A program made the position numbers and the translations under genes. Under the pieces are notes generated by a model. It did not search any database and was not told where the DNA came from. It saw only the letters and a program-made list of their open reading frames with translations. From Heteronotia binoei (taxonomy: Eukaryota), in NCBI RefSeq assembly GCF_032191835.1, contig NC_083223.1, positions 258,354,001-258,418,000 on the forward strand: DNA of 64,000 bases, given 5' to 3'. Positions 61,194 through 64,000 of this stretch are shown one piece after another (position 1 is the first letter of the stretch; each line of letters starts with the position of its first letter).

Positions 61194-61378
61194 TGTTTGG
61201 TACTGTGCAGCAACAGAAAAGAGCAAGAGTCCAGTAGCACCTTAAAAGCAAACAACATTGGTGGCAGCAGTGAGGTCTGAAGAAATGAGCAGTGACTCAC
61301 GAAAACTCGGACGCCACCACAAATTTTGCTAAGTCTTTAAGGTGCTGGTGGTCTCTTGCTCTTTTCAAGTACCAAACA
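61194..61378. mobile_element. Penelope-like foldback remnant
   Basis: Inverted arms around CTGAAGA-AATGAGcagtgaCTCAC-GAAA. Confidence 0.55.
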
Positions 61379-61539
61379 GAGATTTTACTTACTATCTTAT
61401 CTTTTGTAACAATAAATCCTGGGATTTTTGAGGTACCACAAAGCTATTATTTTACATTGCGCGCACACATCCAGTATTTGGTGCAAGAGCTCTTCAAGGG
61501 AAAGAGAGAATCCATACCTTCCTATGAAAAAACGGCATC

Positions 61540-61770
61540 GCAAGCATCCATACCTATACCCTCCTTTCAGGGTACGCCATGAGCCTTGGTTGCAGCAAGA
61601 AACGGAACGTTAGTGCCCCCGACTGCAGAGCCCGCGGTAGTCATTTTTAAAGGACGCCGTGCGCGTGCTGTTTTATGCTCCTCCGCTATACAACTTTAGC
61701 CTGCGCAGGCGCAGAACGAAAAAGAAACGGGGGATTTGGTTCCTTCCCAGTTTTTCTCCCCCGGGCCAGG
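61540..61770. promoter_or_regulatory. CpG-island promoter, probably bidirectional for PIGM (-) and INTS5 (+)
   Basis: CpG-rich; NRF1-like TGCGCAGGCGCA at 61702-61713; minus-strand donors AG|GTATGG at 61553 and 61517 that could feed the acceptor just upstream of the PIGM ATG (55701-55702). Confidence 0.65.
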
Positions 61771-61859
61771 ATGTCTGCTCTGTGCGACCCCGCTGGGGTT
61801 GTTGGTCCTCCGGGGTCCGCCCCCAGCCCGAAACCGGCAGTCGCCCCGCCGTCGCTCAG
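61771..61859 (+). CDS. INTS5: Integrator complex subunit 5, coding exon 1 (MSALCDPAGVVGPPGSAPSPKPAVAPPSL + AG); exon 2 lies beyond the window
   Basis: N-terminus matches recalled human INTS5 MSALCDPPGAPGPPGPAP...APLS. Phase-2 donor CAG|GTATTC would complete the Ser codon. Lies in a CpG island, downstream of C11orf98 in the same orientation, as in human. Confidence 0.88.
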
Positions 61860-62249
61860 GTATTCTCGCCACTGGGACCCACATGCCAAGTTTAGGTCTG
61901 GAGATGGTCTGCAGGCTGGAACCTGTGGCTACGTATCGGAGCTGGGGTGATTGGTGTGGGGAGAGATGAAACTAGACTTTATTGTTGTTGCTTAATTCCA
62001 GCAATGTGGGTTATTCTTAACAGTATAGTATTTATTTGGAACATTTTTATGCTGCTTTTCCAGGAACTTGCCCAGTTATTATTAATGCAATTTGTGTTGT
62101 ATTAATCATTTCAGCTACGGATCCCTTTCTTGAAGAATATGTTTGCATTTTTAAACCTCGTTTGGATCGGCTTTTGTTCCTGTAGGATCCAGGTTTTTCT
62201 GGATGGAAAATAGGATAAAAGATACAACAAAATGTTAATCCATATGTGG

Positions 62250-62432
62250 GGAGCCCAGTCTTGTCGTATCTCAGAAGCTAAGCAGGGTCAGCCCTGGTTA
62301 GTGTTTGGATGGGAGACCTCCAAGGAATACCAGGGTCGTGATGCAGAGGCAGGCAATGCCAACCACCTCTGAATGTCTCTTGCCTTGAAAACCCTACAGG
62401 GTTGGCATGTCAGCTGTGAGTTGACTGAACTT
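62250..62432 (+). mobile_element. 5S rRNA-derived SINE with RTE-like tail
   Basis: Degenerate 5S head (ATCTCAGAAGCTAAGCAGGGTC..GGATGGGAGACC) followed by non-5S body; relatives at 33607-33750(+), 34378-34479 plus 35307-35395(-), 59700-59812(-), 63611-63772(+). Confidence 0.75.
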
Positions 62433-64000
62433 TCCGCCACCATCATGTATGGAGGCTTTGTGGACTAACATAAACCAAAGGAATAGATCCCTGCCCCAAG
62501 GAGCTTGCAGTCTGAAAAGTGAAATACAAAAACAGTGATTCAACACAAACAGTGGAGTGAGGTAGTAGAATTCTGATAGAATGGACTGTGCCACTTCAGG
62601 TAGCAGGTGGAAGATGTTGGTTTTTAAATGCTTATCACATGCAAGTTTCAGGAAAAATAGGAATTCAAACCATGGCCTCCCTGAACCTAGTCCAGCACTA
62701 CACCAGGTAACCACTATGATAGCTGTAAGGAACCTCCATGTTCACAAGTAGTACACCACTGAATATCATAGGCTGACTACTTCTGGAAACCATGTTGGTC
62801 CATTATGATCAGCTCTGGAGAAACATTTTCTTTGTTCATATGCTAGTGGGGTAAAAAAAGGTAGGTAAAGGTAGTCCCCTGTGCAAGCACCGAGTCGTTA
62901 CCAACCCATGGGGTGATGTTACATCATGGCGTTTTCTTGGCAGACTTTGGTTTGCCATTGCCAGTCATCTACACTTTACGCCCAGCAAGCTGGGTACTCA
63001 TTTTACCAACTTCAGAAGAATGGAAGGCCCGTGTCAACCTTGAAACAGCTACCTGAACCCGGCTTCCACTGGGATCAAACTCAGATCGTGAGCAGAGCTT
63101 GAACTGCAGTACTGCAGCTTACCACTCTGTGCCATGGTGTTCTGTAGCAACTGAGGTAGGGTGCATAAATCTTGATTTGATCTTCTCATCATTGTATGAT
63201 GTTGGGTCAGGGAATGGATGATGCTGGAGATTCCACAAATTTGGAGTGAGGAATGGCTAGCAACATATCTTCCTGAGTCTCTGGTAGAGACAGGCAAGAC
63301 CCAGACACAGGGGATGTGGTGCTGTTATTATTGTTGTTGTTTTGGTAGGGTGACAGATTTTGAGTTCCACAGAATGCTTTGTACGGAGGTCAAAAGAGAA
63401 CAATCCAAGATCTCCTTGTACAGTATTCTACCTGTGAAGCTATCTCAACACGTCATTTGCTGGAGGTTTCTCCCCTTCTCTTTCAGTGTTATAGGGTGAT
63501 TCTTGTGCAGGATAACATTGGCACTTATGGACTTTCCCCTATTGTTCTGTTATGACCAAGGTTTCTTGTGAAGATACCTCTATATAGTTGGATTATAGAT
63601 TACCATTTTAGCCTCATCAGATCTCAGAAGCTAAACAGGATTAGCCAGGTTAGTACATGGATGGGAGCTTGCAAGCAAGTGTAGCCTCACTTGCTATGTA
63701 GGGGCAGGTGGTGGCAAACCACCTCTTTTCATCTCTTGCCTTGAAAACTGCAACTTGATTGCACTTTCCACATACGAGGAAGCAGATTTATTATTTTTTT
63801 AAAAAAAGTCATAATAAAGGAATGCATTAAGAATAAATTACCGTTTACAGAGTTGGTGTGCAGACTTTAGAGCTGCACATAATTAATTCTTAGACTACAT
63901 TTGCATTTTAAAAAATGAAAACTGGGAAAGGCCCAAAATATTTGTATGTGAGTTCATGGCATTTCGTCCCATCTACAACTCCCCGCTCCTCAGTTTTAAG

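Noticed and set aside
62250-62330. 5S rRNA gene (also at 33607, 59745, 63611)
   Set aside because: Truncated and degenerate, continuing into a SINE body with an RTE-like tail.

Overview
Vertebrate genomic DNA, almost certainly a gecko or other squamate (Squam3-like and Sauria SINEs, BovB, CR1), with gene order matching human 11q12.3. Left half (about 1-30 kb): no recognisable protein-coding gene. It is repeat-dense and dominated by a tandem duplication (5348-18230 and 18231-29330) with a CAATT microhomology junction; the two copies differ by a hAT insertion (filled vs empty site) and by microhomology deletions. Right half, in order: a spliced minus-strand 5'TOP-type transcript with no evident ORF hosting an intronic H/ACA snoRNA (probably SNORA57/U99, predicted 18S guide); C11orf98 (+, 4 exons, head-to-head with that transcript) with a C-terminal acidic 21-bp coding repeat expansion; two identical, fully equipped U2 snRNA genes arranged tail-to-tail in an inverted duplication; intronless-CDS PIGM (-); and INTS5 exon 1 (+), head-to-head with PIGM across a CpG island. 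Gene and repeat names come from my recall of reference sequences, not database searches. Identity values are by-eye estimates.
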